A stretch of 63,895 nucleotides of DNA, filler included, from Octopus bimaculoides (taxonomy: Eukaryota): NCBI RefSeq assembly GCF_001194135.2. It is 8 parts of 8 records of this genome, joined end to end, with 100 filler letters (N's around TTAATTAATTAA, not from the genome) between each part and the next. Parts side by side here need not be neighbours in the genome. Positions count along the whole stretch, not along the records: positions 1 to 19,554 come from NC_068985.1; 7 more parts are not named here. The stretch is one strand, 5' to 3'. Below are positions 1 to 12,141 of the stretch, piece by piece. A model generated the notes under the pieces. The model was not told the DNA's origin. It saw nothing but the letters and a program-made list of their open reading frames with translations, and made no database searches. The translations under genes were made by a program, and so were the position numbers. Each line of letters opens with the position of its first letter. Positions within the stretch are counted from its first letter, which is position 1.

Positions 1-42
<42 letters not shown>

Positions 43-44
<2 letters not shown>

Positions 45-195
45 GACGGGCTTCTTTCAGTTTCCGCTACGAAATCCACTCACGAGGTTCTGGTAGGCCC
101 GTAGCTATAGTAGAAGAGACTTCCCCAAGATGCCACGCAGTAGGACTGTACTTGGAACCATGTGGTTGGGAAGCAAGCTTCTTACCACACAGACA
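43..195 (-). mobile_element. SINE family A, 5' half (tRNA-like head and body)
   Basis: Reverse complement matches the head/body of the complete copy at 61419-61838 (GTGGTAAG..CTTGCTTCCCAACCACATGG...AAACTGAAAGAAGCCCGTC); runs into (TA)n. Confidence 0.85.
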
Positions 196-289
196 AGCCT
201 TTCTTTCTTGGTTCGACTACCATCTGTGCAACATCTATACTCCTGCCCATGTCTGTCACCTCTTATGTCCCTGCCGTAACGCTTCACTT

Positions 290-650
290 CCACACACGTC
301 GTCTTAATTTAATTCGTCCTTAGTCGAAAGACACCTGTTGTTATGTCCTGTTGTTTGTATTTGTATTAGCGTATCATTTCTCCGTTTTTTCCCGTCCTTG
401 TTTTCGTATACATTCGCTGCTTTCTCCCAAAAAATCTAGTGCTCTTAGCTTAGATTTTCCTTGAGGCTGGCCTGTTTCGAGCAGCCTCAAGTATAAGCAG
501 CCGAAATTGCAAAGATAATCTGGAACTCGACTGAGGAAAGAAAACTCCGAATAACCCGTCCTCCTTTCTTTGTCCCCTTTTTGTATCATCTAACTGTCTG
601 GATGTTTTCTTGTCGCCTGTTGCTTTCTTGTCCCATTTTTTGTATTCTGT
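290..650. repeat. Unclassified probable repeat, possibly Penelope pLTR-derived
   Basis: Perfect 10-bp stem (460-469/482-491) and CTGAGGA motif, ends in (TA)n; no second copy in window, so the call is weak. Confidence 0.25.
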
Positions 651-1599
651 TATATATATATATATATATATATATNNNNNNNNNNNNNNNNNNNNNNNNN
701 NNNNNNNNNNNNNNNNNNNNNNNNNNNNNNNNNNNNNNNNNNNNNNNNNNNNNNNNNNNNNNNNNNNNNNNNNNNNNNNNNNNNNNNNNNNNNNNNNNNN
801 NNNNNNNNNNNNNNNNNNNNNNNNNNNNNNNNNNNNNNNNNNNNNNNNNNNNNNNNNNNNNNNNNNNNNNNNNNNNNNNNNNNNNNNNNNNNNNNNNNNN
901 NNNNNNNNNNNNNNNNNNNNNNNNNNNNNNNNNNNNNNNNNNNNNNNNNNNNNNNNNNNNNNNNNNNNNNNNNNNNNNNNNNNNNNNNNNNNNNNNNNNN
1001 NNNNNNNNNNNNNNNNNNNNNNNNNNNNNNNNNNNNNNNNNNNNNNNNNNNNNNNNNNNNNNNNNNNNNNNNNNNNNNNNNNNNNNNNNNNNNNNNNNNN
1101 NNNNNNNNNNNNNNNNNNNNNNNNNNNNNNNNNNNNNNNNNNNNNNNNNNNNNNNNNNNNNNNNNNNNNNNNNNNNNNNNNNNNNNNNNNNNNNNNNNNN
1201 NNNNNNNNNNNNNNNNNNNNNNNNNNNNNNNNNNNNNNNNNNNNNNNNNNNNNNNNNNNNNNNNNNNNNNNNNNNNNNNNNNNNNNNNNNNNNNNNNNNN
1301 NNNNNNNNNNNNNNNNNNNNNNNNNNNNNNNNNNNNNNNNNNNNNNNNNNNNNNNNNNNNNNNNNNNNNNNNNNNNNNNNNNNNNNNNNNNNNNNNNNNN
1401 NNNNNNNNNNNNNNNNNNNNNNNNNNNNNNNNNNNNNNNNNNNNNNNNNNNNNNNNNNNNNNNNNNNNNNNNNNNNNNNNNNNNNNNNNNNNNNNNNNNN
1501 NNNNNNNNNNNNNNNNNNNNNNNNNNNNNNNNNNNNNNNNNNNNNNNNNNNNNNNNNNNNNNNNATATATATATATATAATACAAAGAATATATATGCA

Positions 1600-1760
1600 T
1601 GCATACACACATATATGTACATACTTACATCTACATGTGTATATAGATGCATATCAGGGTACAGGACGTTAGAACAATGAACTACAGACCACAGAACAAA
1701 CACATAGGAAAACAGATAGCCACTTCGAATTAATCCTTCATCAGCTGCCTCTATTCTACA
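1600..1760 (+). repeat. Dispersed repeat family P
   Basis: Shares ACATCTACATGTGTATATAGATGCATATC.GGGTACAGGACG with 23727-23830 (reverse) and CCTTCATCAGCTGCC with 22527-22650. Confidence 0.55.
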
Positions 1761-2419
1761 CACACCCACTTTCAGTCTCTGTCCGTCTCTCTCTCTGACA
1801 CGTACACACACTCATACTCACTCCCGTACTCACTCTCTCTCTCTCTCTCTCTCTCCCTCACGTGTGTGCAAAACAAAAAGAAAGGGAGGGGCTGGATAAA
1901 GGTACCTATCAACAGTAATGTTTAGTTAAGTAAATGTTGTGAATGGGGAGATAAGTGTTAAGGCGGACGGAGTCTCTAATGATGAGAGGTAAGAACCTAA
2001 TGAAAAAATTATAGACTGAGTCGTCGCGGTGCATGACGGATAATTTGTGCCGTGTAGTTTTGTTTCCTGATTAATGTGAATGCACGTGTTTCTATAAGTC
2101 ACTCACTCTTATTTCGTTCTCTATTTANNNNNNNNNNNNNNNNNNNNNNNNNNNNNNNNNNNNNNNNNNNNNNNNNNNNNNNNNNNNNNNNNNNNNNNNN
2201 NNNNNNNNNNNNNNNNNNNNNNNNNNNNNNNNNNNNNNNNNNNNNNNNNNNNNNNNNNNNNNNNNNNNNNNNNNNNNNNNNNNNNNNNNNNNNNNNNNNN
2301 NNNNNNNNNNNNNNNNNNNNNNNNNNNNNNNNNNNNNNNNNNNNNNNNNNNNNNNNNNNNNNNNNNNNNNNNNNNNNNNNNNNNNNNNNNNNNNNNNNNN
2401 NNNNNNNNNNNNNNNNNNN

Positions 2420-2455
<36 letters not shown>

Positions 2456-3091
2456 AGAGAGAGAGAAAGAGACAGGCAGAGAGAGAGAGAGAGAGAGAGA
2501 GAAAGGGCTACGAAATAAGGTAGCTGAGTAAAACTAAAGGTGTGTTTGTATGTTTGTATGCGTGTGTGTGTGTTTGTGTGTATATACATACATGCATATA
2601 CATACATGTATATACACATATATATACATATATTACATCATATATTTGTTCATGTATGCTTATGTATACATTTACACAGACACAAGCACACACATACATA
2701 TATATAGGGAGGGGGAGAGAAAGAGACAGAGACAGAGAAAGAGAGACAGAGAGAGAGAGAGAGAGAGAGCAAGATAGATAGATTGAAGGTAGAATTCATC
2801 GTACGGCTTCTGCACAGTTTCCATCTACCCAGTTTCAGTCGTAATATATGTGTCAACTCATGCAATATGAAAGACAGTTGTTCAAAATTCCTGGCTGTGT
2901 AATGGAACCTGGAGCCTCAATGTTGCGAAGCGATCTTCGCAACCCCTCAGTCATCCCTGGCCAGGACTAAATGCACGTCCATAACTGAAGCTAAATATTC
3001 TCTCGGGCATGCGTGCGAGATATCCTCCGTTCTTTGTGAGGCAGAGGTAACAGCGAACGATGTCACTGACCGAACAGAGACCAGACGCTAA

Positions 3092-3420
3092 ATAGGGTGC
3101 GTCGAGGCAAAATTTAAATCAAGATGCAGACATCATCTCTCTACATTTAGCCACCCTCAAAAGAGACATACTACAAATTTTTTGGCACTAATCTAGGGAC
3201 TTAAAGACATAAACTTTAACTACAACATTAAATGGAAGATCCTTTCGAAGACATGGCCTTATATTAACGTATTAAAAATTGTTCCGTATACTCGCTTAAA
3301 AAACTATGTATTTTCAAGACCCCAAGTACCTCTATGGACTGTATACATACCAAAAGCGAAATTTTGTCATCATGTCCTCACTTCACAAAGTACATCTTAG
3401 CGAGAATTAAAGATAAATAA
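3092..3420 (+). pseudogene. Penelope-like element GIY-YIG endonuclease C-terminal fragment (stop and frameshift)
   Basis: Translates IGCVEAKFKSRCRHHLSTFSHPQKRHTT..LI*GLKD..YNIKWKILSK..PY / NCSVYSLKKLCI..TKSEILSSCPH, the YIG...F..R...H...F and W.IL/C..C/SE..S.C.H pattern of PLE endonucleases. Confidence 0.75.
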
Positions 3421-3888
3421 TTGCCTATATTTGCTGTGCAATTATCTCCCTTTTGTCGCTCTCTGTCTTTTTCAAAATACGCATGTTCATTTAAACCCGA
3501 TTACATGAATTGCACTTCCTAAACCGTCTGTTTGATTTTACCACCTTGATAAAAATACCAATTGAATTAAATATTTCTGCCAGGAAACCGTAGGTAGCTG
3601 AATTTCACTGGGGCATTGTATGTTTCATAATTATAGCTTTACTCTTAACTGATTGAATGCTACGATACTTGTTGAACTTCATACCACACACGCACTCGCA
3701 CACACAAACACATAATAGATACATATAAATACATTTGCATACAAATATNNNNNNNNNNNNNNNNNNNNNNNNNNNNNNNNNNNNNNNNNNNNNNNNNNNN
3801 NNNNNNNNNNNNNNNNNNNNNNNNNNNNNNNNNNNNNNNNNNNNNNNNNNNNNNNNNNNNNNNNNNNNNNNNNNNNNNNNNNNNNTAT

Positions 3889-3927
<39 letters not shown>

Positions 3928-4014
3928 ATAAAGAGGAACAGACAGGCAGATAAACTGACAGACAGGCAAGCGAACAGTTAGAGGGATAAAAATAAAATAT
4001 ATTGACAGACATTT

Positions 4015-4143
4015 AGATAGATAGATACATACATACATACATACATACATACATACATACATACATACATACATTCATACATAGTGAGACAGACAGACAA
4101 ATAAGCAGAGTGATAGAGAGACAGACAAACAGACAGACAGACG

Positions 4144-4177
<34 letters not shown>

Positions 4178-4197
4178 TAGATAGATATATAGAAAGT

Positions 4198-4268
<71 letters not shown>
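4015..4268. repeat. Compound tetranucleotide microsatellite (TACA)n/(GACA)n/(GATA)n
   Basis: Direct reading. Confidence 0.95.
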
Positions 4269-4269
<1 letters not shown>

Positions 4270-4881
4270 GTACTGGATCTTCTACTGGTAGAAGCCATAT
4301 TGATGATCAAGTTAGAAATACTAGCATAAAGCGTAATGGAGAATTTGTCCTGTGGATTTTTCCACCTGAAGCCAAACATATCTTCTCACTCTAAAGGGAA
4401 TATTCCAATGTGAAGTGGGGAATGGGTTGGCACTATGAATTGTTGATATTTACTCTATCATCATCGTTAGATGATAATAAAATAAATATATCATATGACA
4501 AATAGACTTAACTTCATTCAAGCCCATTTGTTTGATATTTTGCGGAAAATAAATAAGAAAGTGGCGATTGTTGATGTCGAAAAATTTAAACATCACCTAG
4601 ATAACGTTTCAGTAATACTGTATTATTCTACTTGAAATCTTTTATGTTCTATGCTTGCAGAACATTTTATCTACTTGACGATGGTTTTAGCATGCAGATG
4701 GCGTAGAAGTGTTTTAAAACAATTCTTTTTTTTTTTTCTATTCTATACATTACTTTTGTATTTGCTTAGCAATTTTTTTTTTCTTTAAAACTTCGCAAGA
4801 TTACACTGATCCTGATCTTGTGCACAGGAAACCTAACATAATTAAAACATGTCGAAATTTGCTTTCCATACTTATAGAGAA

Positions 4882-4931
<50 letters not shown>

Positions 4932-5104
4932 TTTATAATAATAATATTGTTTGTTAACTAGTATTATTCTTACTCATTATATATTTATGAGCCTTCCCGC
5001 GTCAGATTTCTTTCATATTTTTTAGACGCTAAACATTCTTCCTTCGCTTTAACTATTATTTATTTTGTAGATGGTATCTTAGCTTTAGATAATACTGGCA
5101 GTGA

Positions 5105-5290
5105 CACTGGCACTCCGTCGCTTGCGACGACGCGAGTTCCAGAAAATCCGAACAACGGAACAGCCTGCTCGTGAAATTAACGTGCAAGTGGCTGAGTGCT
5201 CCACAGACACGTGCACTGTTAACGCAGTTCTTAGGGAGATTCAGCGTGACACAGAATGTGACGAGGCCGGCCCTTTGAATTACAGGTACA
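5105..5290 (-). mobile_element. SINE family C, 3' half
   Basis: Matches 11820-12010 (GGCACTCCGTCGCTT..AACGGAACAGCCTGCTCGTGAAATTAACGTGCAAGTGGCTGAG). Confidence 0.85.
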
Positions 5291-5294
5291 ACTC

Positions 5295-6040
5295 ATTACA
5301 ATTTTGTCAAGGACAAGAACAAAGAGCTAACGATAAATTTTGCGTTGAACTTGAGAAGTCTGCTACAGAGACATTGAACATGCTTCGGCAAGCTTACGGC
5401 GACGAAGCAATGGGTAGCACGCAATGTTTCGAATGGTACGGGCGCTTCAAAAGAGGGAAGAACGTTCCTGGAAGACGACGAGCGATCTGATAGACCTGCG
5501 GTGAGCGCCACACCTGGAAATGTAGTATTGTGCGTCACGAATTCGTTCCCCGAGGCCAGACCGTCAATCGAGAGTTCTGTTGTGACGCTTTGAAGCGTTT
5601 TAGGGAGGACATTCGGCAAAAGTGACAAAGTCTGTGGAGCACGAAGAATTAGATTCATCACGATGACAATGCACCTTGTCACCGAGATTTCCTCACTCCT
5701 GAGTTTCTCACCAAAAAGCAATATGCTATCGCTTCCACATCCACCCTATTCGCCACATTTAGCACCTGTGGACTTAAATCTCTTCCCCAAGATGAAAATG
5801 CAGCTCAAAGGTTGCCGTTTTAATACCGCTTTCAAGATCCAGAGCGAATCGCAGAAGGACCTCGACTCGCTTACGGCAAACGACTTCTAGGCCGGATTCC
5901 AAAAGTGGCAGGGCCACCGAGACCGGTGTATTGCTGCGCAAGGCAATTATTTCGAAGAAGATGATGTTAAAACTCAGGTAAATAAGCTATTTATTAAATT
6001 AAACATAACTAGTCCGGCAACCTTTTCATGCCGCCTGATT
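5295..6040 (+). mobile_element. Mariner transposon remnant, internally deleted and frameshifted
   Basis: EQRANDKFCVELEKSATETLNMLRQAYGDEAMGSTQCFEWYGRFKRG (HTH), VRHEFVPRGQTVN, HDDNAPCH, PHPPYSPHLAPVDLNLFPKMK, RCIAAQGNYFE, then TIR-like end. Confidence 0.9.
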
Positions 6041-6200
6041 TGCTTATGGGGGCACTATAAAATCTAAATTAACGTATATGTCGTACTTAAAAAGACTTTT
6101 AGGCGAGTTATTTCCAATATTTCTCTGTTGTTTCAGTCAGGTCGAACGATCGTGTAGTAGTTTCCTAGCGGACTTGCTATTGTTATTGTCGCTGTTGTCG

Positions 6201-6247
<47 letters not shown>

Positions 6248-6368
6248 GGTAATGAAAACGATGTTGTTAAAGTTCACCTTACGTTCTACGAGTGTTGACC
6301 TATTGGATAGATTAACCTTCAAGTCAGGCTCCGAGAATAACGAACGCTTTCAAAAATCTAGGGATTCA

Positions 6369-6402
<34 letters not shown>

Positions 6403-6521
6403 AACACATACGCACGCACGCATACATACATAGTCCGTTTTTACACTTTTCGTCTTGATCGTTCTTCTGCCATCCACCTCCCCCCCCTCTCTCTCACTTC
6501 CACTCTCGTCCATTTTCTTTC

Positions 6522-6563
<42 letters not shown>

Positions 6564-6658
6564 GTTATCTACTTCAAACATACACCACTGTGTCTTTCAT
6601 ACACCCCCTTCTCTTTTACGGACACATATAACACCTCTCAGTTGAAGACTCACACGTA

Positions 6659-6689
<31 letters not shown>

Positions 6690-6732
6690 ATGTTTACACA
6701 CACACACTCACACACATACATACATACATAAA

Positions 6733-6768
<36 letters not shown>

Positions 6769-7781
6769 TATATTTACAAACATACATACACAACATACAC
6801 TCACTGACACAGATATACACATATCTATACACACGTACGCGGATACTCACTCAATATATATATNNNNNNNNNNNNNNNNNNNNNNNNNNNNNNNNNNNNN
6901 NNNNNNNNNNNNNNNNNNNNNNNNNNNNNNNNNNNNNNNNNNNNNNNNNNNNNNNNNNNNNNNNNNNNNNNNNNNNNNNNNNNNNNNNNNNNNNNNNNNN
7001 NNNNNNNNNNNNNNNNNNNNNNNNNNNNNNNNNNNNNNNNNNNNNNNNNNNNNNNNNNNNNNNNNNNNNNNNNNNNNNNNNNNNNNNNNNNNNNNNNNNN
7101 NNNNNNNNNNNNNNNNNNNNNNNNNNNNNNNNNNNNNNNNNNNNNNNNNNNNNNNNNNNNNNNNNNNNNNNNNNNNNNNNNNNNNNNNNNNNNNNNNNNN
7201 NNNNNNNNNNNNNNNNNNNNNNNNNNNNNNNNNNNNNNNNNNNNNNNNNNNNNNNNNNNNNNNNNNNNNNNNNNNNNNNNNNNNNNNNNNNNNNNNNNNN
7301 NNNNNNNNNNNNNNNNNNNNNNNNNNNNNNNNNNNNNNNNNNNNNNNNNNNNNNNNNNNNNNNNNNNNNNNNNNNNNNNNNNNNNNNNNNNNNNNNNNNN
7401 NNNNNNNNNNNNNNNNNNNNNNNNNNNNNNNNNNNNNNNCCCCAAGGCATGACAGAACAGGAATTAAGACCGAGTTGAAACAAGCCTCGAATCCAGTTTG
7501 ATCAGGACTGACCACGTGATTATTTTATTTACTTGTTTATTCATTCATTTATTCATTTATTCATTCATTTATTTTGTCTGTGTGTGTGTGTGCGCACGTG
7601 TATGTGTGTAACTAACGTAGCTTACAGTGTGTGCAACCCGGGGCTGCCCTTCAGTTTACCACACTTGCACCCCTACAAAAATGCATATTGCCTGCAGCTG
7701 ACCCAAAAGTGGTGCGGCCCCATAAAAGTGCTGCCCGGGGCGGACTACCCCTTCGTGTTTCTGTGTGTGTGTGTGTGTGTG

Positions 7782-8135
7782 TTTTCTTTTACTTGTTGCA
7801 GTCATGTGACTGCAGCCACGCAAGGAGTAACGCCCTGAAAGGGTTTTAGTCGGAAAAGCCTAGTACTTACTTTATCTGTATCTTTTTGCCGGACCGCTAA
7901 GTTACGGGGAGGTAAACACACCAACACTGTCAAGTCATGGTGGGTGGACAAACACAGACACAAATACACATGTATATAGATACACACACATACATACACA
8001 CGCACACACACACACAAATATATACGGTGAGCTTCTTTCAGTTTCCGTCTACCAAGACTTTGGTTGACCCATGACTATAATCAGACACTTGCCCAATGTG
8101 CAATACCGTGAGATTGAACCCTGAACCATATTTGT
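7782..8135 (-). mobile_element. SINE family A, diverged near-complete copy with internal (CA/TA)n
   Basis: Tail, central and head segments align to 61419-61838. Confidence 0.75.
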
Positions 8136-8490
8136 TTGTTGCCATTCTTTATTCTTTTTAGGTCGCGACACATTACACCGCCCAAATTGATCCGTTAATC
8201 TATCTCTCCCATGAGTATCTTTAGCGGCGCTCACTCCGTTGCCACGAGACCAACAAAGCCTTCGGCAGGGGATTACCGCGATCTCTCGATGTATATTCAT
8301 CGTCTGATCAGCTTCAAAATGTTAAAATGTAGATAGGTTAATTTTACTGCTTCTTCCCTAGTATCATTAGAATTCGGATTCGACCTCAATCCACCACCAT
8401 ATCACCTTTTACTGACGCACAAACCATACATCCTATTCTTCTCCGTGGCACACACAAATCTCCCAGCTTTTATCTCTAATCCATCCCAGC

Positions 8491-8521
<31 letters not shown>

Positions 8522-8553
8522 CTTCTTCTTCTTCTTCTTCTTCTTCTTCTTCT

Positions 8554-8950
8554 CATGACCTCGCAGGTGGGGCCCAGTTAGAATTTTCTTCAGGTCGAGT
8601 AGCACATCCCGCTCAAAAGGTCCCTGAATAAGGTTTGTTTAAGGATGTTGAGCAAAACACCCAAGTTTCCAAAGCTGAATTATTCAAACCCCAAAGAATT
8701 CCTCTCAACACATGGCTATGATGCTCCCCCCACTACTTCTGCTCATGATCAGAGATGCACATATCGTCAGCCTCCGAAGGACATGCTCAACTAGTTAAGG
8801 TCAAACAACTGACAAGCAAATCTGTGGTATTAAACAGAATATTTGCTGTAGCCTATCTTTTATACCAAGACAAAACAATGTACATGATAACACTTCCAAT
8901 CATTTGAGATCAGAAGCCATGAGAGCCACTGCCTGGTACTGTATCCGGGC

Positions 8951-8954
<4 letters not shown>
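8554..8954 (-). mobile_element. Unclassified (TAA)n-associated element X, lacking its 3' end
   Basis: Reverse complement aligns to 48001-48365; begins at a (TAA)n tract, cut by (AAG)n. Confidence 0.75.
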
Positions 8955-9023
<69 letters not shown>

Positions 9024-9093
9024 GTTGTTGTTGCTGTTGTTATTATTATTATTATTGTTATTATTGTTATTATTATCTTTATTATTATTATCA

Positions 9094-9462
9094 TTACCTC
9101 CGCCTTAACGAAGACGGAGGTATTGTTTCAGTGATATTTGTTTATTGGTTTCTCCATGGACAAAATATCTCATGAACCGCTGGATGGATTCGGATGAAAC
9201 TTTCAGGGTTGTTTGTCCTCGTGATTGACACGAACTGATTACATTTTGGGATCGATCCGGTACCGGACAAAGAATCTGGATTATTTTTCCTGTTTTTTAC
9301 TTAATTTTTGAGAGCGGTCGGGTTCATTTTTAGTATTCTCGATTGTGAAAGCAGTTGAGTTTATCTCAGATATTCTCATTTTTTAAAAAATCATCTCTGG
9401 CTAATCGTTGAGAGGAGGCTGGTGTTGCCTTGGTGGAAGTTTGCGCTGTCTGAGTGCTCTTA
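9094..9462 (+). mobile_element. Helentron-associated non-autonomous element (HINE/DINE-1-like)
   Basis: 5' TTACCTCCGCC with nearby inverted copy CGGAGGT, decayed 3' subterminal repeat GGTGGAAGT followed by hairpin GCGCTGTCTGAGTGC; sits in a TT-rich (ATT)n site. Confidence 0.7.
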
Positions 9463-9496
9463 TTATTATTAGTGTTATTATTATTATTATTAGTTA

Positions 9497-10008
9497 TCAG
9501 GTTTTGGCCTTGTTTTAATTTACTACAAGCTGCACCTAAGCTTCATCTAGAGACTTCAAGGGACAACAAGAACTTGTATCTAAAGACATACTAACAGTTG
9601 ATGTGCCATGCAATTGAAAAAAAAAACTAATGTCTGTGTGTTAAAAGAAAAATCTGTTTATAAAATTTATAACATTGAATGAGTAACACTGCATCTACAC
9701 GGAGAGGAATTTATGTAAAATATGTAAGGTACCCATGAAAATGATCTTTTGAAAATCATTTATTTTAGTGCTGCCAAGAATTTAGTCTACATATTTGTTC
9801 GTTTTTTTTTGTTTTTTTTTTATATCATTCCAAGTGTCCCCAAAACAATAACTGCTGTTGTTGCTTTGAGATGCCACATTCTTCTAGTTATTATCTCCAA
9901 CTCCATATATTTGTTCAATTTCTAAAAAAGTTTTCAGAGATATATTTTTATCAGTTGAAGCAGCACCATCAATCAAAAGACAAATATTTCCAACATGATT
10001 TGTCACAA
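9497..10008 (-). mobile_element. R4/Dong-clade LINE 3' fragment (RLE end and 3' UTR), degraded
   Basis: ICLLIDGAASTDKNISLK..WHLKATTAVIVLGTLGMI..KIIFMGTLHILHKFLSV*, followed by UTR and (TAA)n. Confidence 0.75.
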
Positions 10009-10050
10009 TATTATTATTATTATTATTGTTGTTGTTGTTGTTGTTGTTAT

Positions 10051-10364
10051 TCAGTAGTCTTATTTTTATCACATGCTTTCACTGTACTATCGAGCGCAGC
10101 TCTGTGTGCCTTAGGTATGTACTGTGGTTCGATGTAGTGCTCTTATTTTTTACTGTATTGAAAGTGTTTTACGTAAGATATGTGCGGTGCCTAGTAATGC
10201 GATTTTCTGTATGTTATATATACTTCTAAATCCTGGTGTTTCTGCTTTTCGGCTCCAGATTCGAGTTACCTCTATTTCCAGATCTTTGTATTTTGAGAGT
10301 TTCTCCGTTTCTTTTAGAGAAACATTATCATCTGTTGGTATTGATACATCGATTAGAAAGCATT
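10051..10364 (-). mobile_element. R4/Dong-clade LINE 3' fragment, internally deleted
   Basis: IDVSIPTDDNVSLKETEKLSKYKDLEIEVTRIW joined to IYNIQKIALLGTAHILRKTLSIQ*; triplet tracts on both sides. Confidence 0.85.
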
Positions 10365-10383
10365 ATTATTATTATTATCATCA

Positions 10384-10429
<46 letters not shown>

Positions 10430-10430
10430 C

Positions 10431-10885
10431 TTTTTAATATTCTTTGATTTCTTACCGAGTGTCCTCCCAATACCTGGGGCAAACAAACTCAAAATAAACA
10501 CACCAGATTGTTCTTTTACAAAGTCATGTGATAGAAAAATTATGGAAGAAAGACAGAAAGAAAAAGGAAAGAAGTACGTGCGACTTACTAATTAAGACAA
10601 TCTTTTACATTTCCTACATGGATGGAAAGCCAGGGATCATACTCAAATAATTTTCAGTTCCTTTTTTTTGATAATTTTAATTGGACCTACAATCACTGGT
10701 ATTGTAACCGTCTTGAGATGCCACATTTTTTCGATTTCATTCAGTGGAATTTTTATATTTTCTAAACTTATCAAATTCTTTTGCCGAAATATTATCATCA
10801 CAAGGTGTGCACACGTCAATCAATAAACAGATTTTATTGTTTTGATCTTTCACAACAATATCTAGTCTATTAGCTTTGTGTTATA
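10431..10885 (-). mobile_element. R4/Dong-clade LINE 3' fragment, third subfamily
   Basis: KANRLDIVVKDQNNKICLLIDVCTPCDDNISAKEFDK..EIEKMWHLKTVTIPVIVG; UTR ends in (TAA)n at 10365-10430. Confidence 0.75.
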
Positions 10886-10912
10886 ATTATATTCAAACTT
10901 CGGTCCTAAAGG

Positions 10913-11047
10913 CAGTCACGTAGCTAGAGTGTGCTTGAATCTTTGAGTTTGGCTCCTGTTCCTCCCCAAAATTCCCTCCCCTCCCCATGACAGCATTGCT
11001 CAGGCGGACTACCCCTCGCCCTCTCCCCTACCTTTGCTACACTACTA
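10913..11047. mobile_element. Possible hAT-type MITE remnant
   Basis: CAGTCACGTAGCTAG start, TTTGCTACACTACT end; GGCGGACTACCCCT shared with about 7740-7752. Confidence 0.3.
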
Positions 11048-11056
11048 TCAAAATGT

Positions 11057-11451
11057 AGGAGGCGCAATGGCCCAGTGGTTAGGGCAGTGGACTCGTGGTC
11101 ATAGGATCGCGGTTTCGATTCCCAGACCGGGCGTTGTGAGTGTTTATTGAGCGAAAACACCTAAAGCTCCACGAGGCTCCGGCAGAGGGATGGTGGCGAA
11201 CCCTGCTGTACTCTTTCACCACAACTTTCTCTCACTCTTACTTCCTGTTTCTGTTGTGCCTGCAATTCAAAGGGTCAGCCTTGTCACACTGTCACGCTGA
11301 ATATCCCCGAGAACTACGTTAAGGGTACACGTGTCTGTGGAGTGCTCAGCCACTTGCACGTTAATTTCACGAGCAGGCTGTTCCGTTGATCGGATCAACT
11401 GGAACCCTCGTCGTCGTAAGCGACGGAGTGCCAACAACAACAGCAACAATG
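11057..11451 (+). mobile_element. SINE family C, complete
   Basis: A box TGGCCCAGTGGTTAG, B box GGTTTCGATTCCC, (CAA)n tail, possible 7-bp TSD AAAATGT (11050-11056/11452-11458). Confidence 0.9.
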
Positions 11452-11499
11452 AAAATGTGATGATACACGCCCATCTGTAGATTCACCTTTCCTTACTAT

Positions 11500-11815
11500 T
11501 CACCGCTCTGATCTGGATATCAATAACATACAGTCACCTTCCAATCCTCCAGAATACAAATGCTCCTTCTTTTGCTCTCTAAAATCCTGTAGCTACAGCA
11601 CATCAATCATACTTCTTCCTTCATTTAGGAGACTTGTCTCATTGCAACTCCCCAAGATGTCATCATTCTCGATGTCTTTAAAGCTCACAACGTTTCTTCA
11701 CGCCTTTAACAATTCCCTACTGATCTCGTTACTACATCGAAATGGATTGATGAATGCCGATGCAGTTTTATCTCTTTGCGTCAAGATGTTTCAACTTTTA
11801 AGCATATCTCAAGCC
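11500..11815 (-). pseudogene. Possible highly degraded LINE RT N-terminal fragment
   Basis: ISRELLKA*RNVVSFKDIENDDI...G.SMIDVL...ILEDWK loosely matches RT domain 0 spacing. Confidence 0.3.
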
Positions 11816-11819
11816 AAAA

Positions 11820-12141
11820 TTGTTGGCACTCCGTCGCTTACGACGTCGCGGGTTCCAATTGATCCGATCAACGGAACAGCCTGCTCGTGAAATTAACGTG
11901 CAAGTGGCTGAGCACTCCACAGACACGTGTACCCTTAACGTAGTTCTCGGGGAGATTCAGCGTGACACAGTGTGACAAGGCTGACCCTTTGAAATACAGG
12001 CACAACAGAAACAGGAAGTAAGAGTGAGAGAAAGTCGTGGTGGAAGAGTACAGCAGGGTTCGCTACCATCCCCTGCCGGTGCCTCGTGGAGCTTTAGGTG
12101 TTTTCGCTCAATAAACATTCACAACGCCCGGTCTGGGAATC
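11820..12141 (-). mobile_element. SINE family C, head runs into gap
   Basis: About 95% identical by eye to the reverse complement of 11120-11435. Confidence 0.9.

Noticed and set aside
520-560. CTGAGGA..CCGAAT as a hammerhead
   Set aside because: Second box is GAAT and helix I does not pair
1715-1750. CTGATGA in family P (also at 22613)
   Set aside because: Second box is GAAG or absent; helices I and III unconvincing
5101-5490. 129-aa ORF as a novel fusion protein
   Set aside because: Chance read-through from an antisense SINE C into a decayed mariner
8160-8340. Exon after a strong plus-strand acceptor
   Set aside because: All three frames hit stops; minus-strand options have weak acceptors
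11057-11135. tRNA gene (also heads of SINE A, B, E)
   Set aside because: A and B boxes continue into SINE bodies present in several copies; no complete cloverleaf seen
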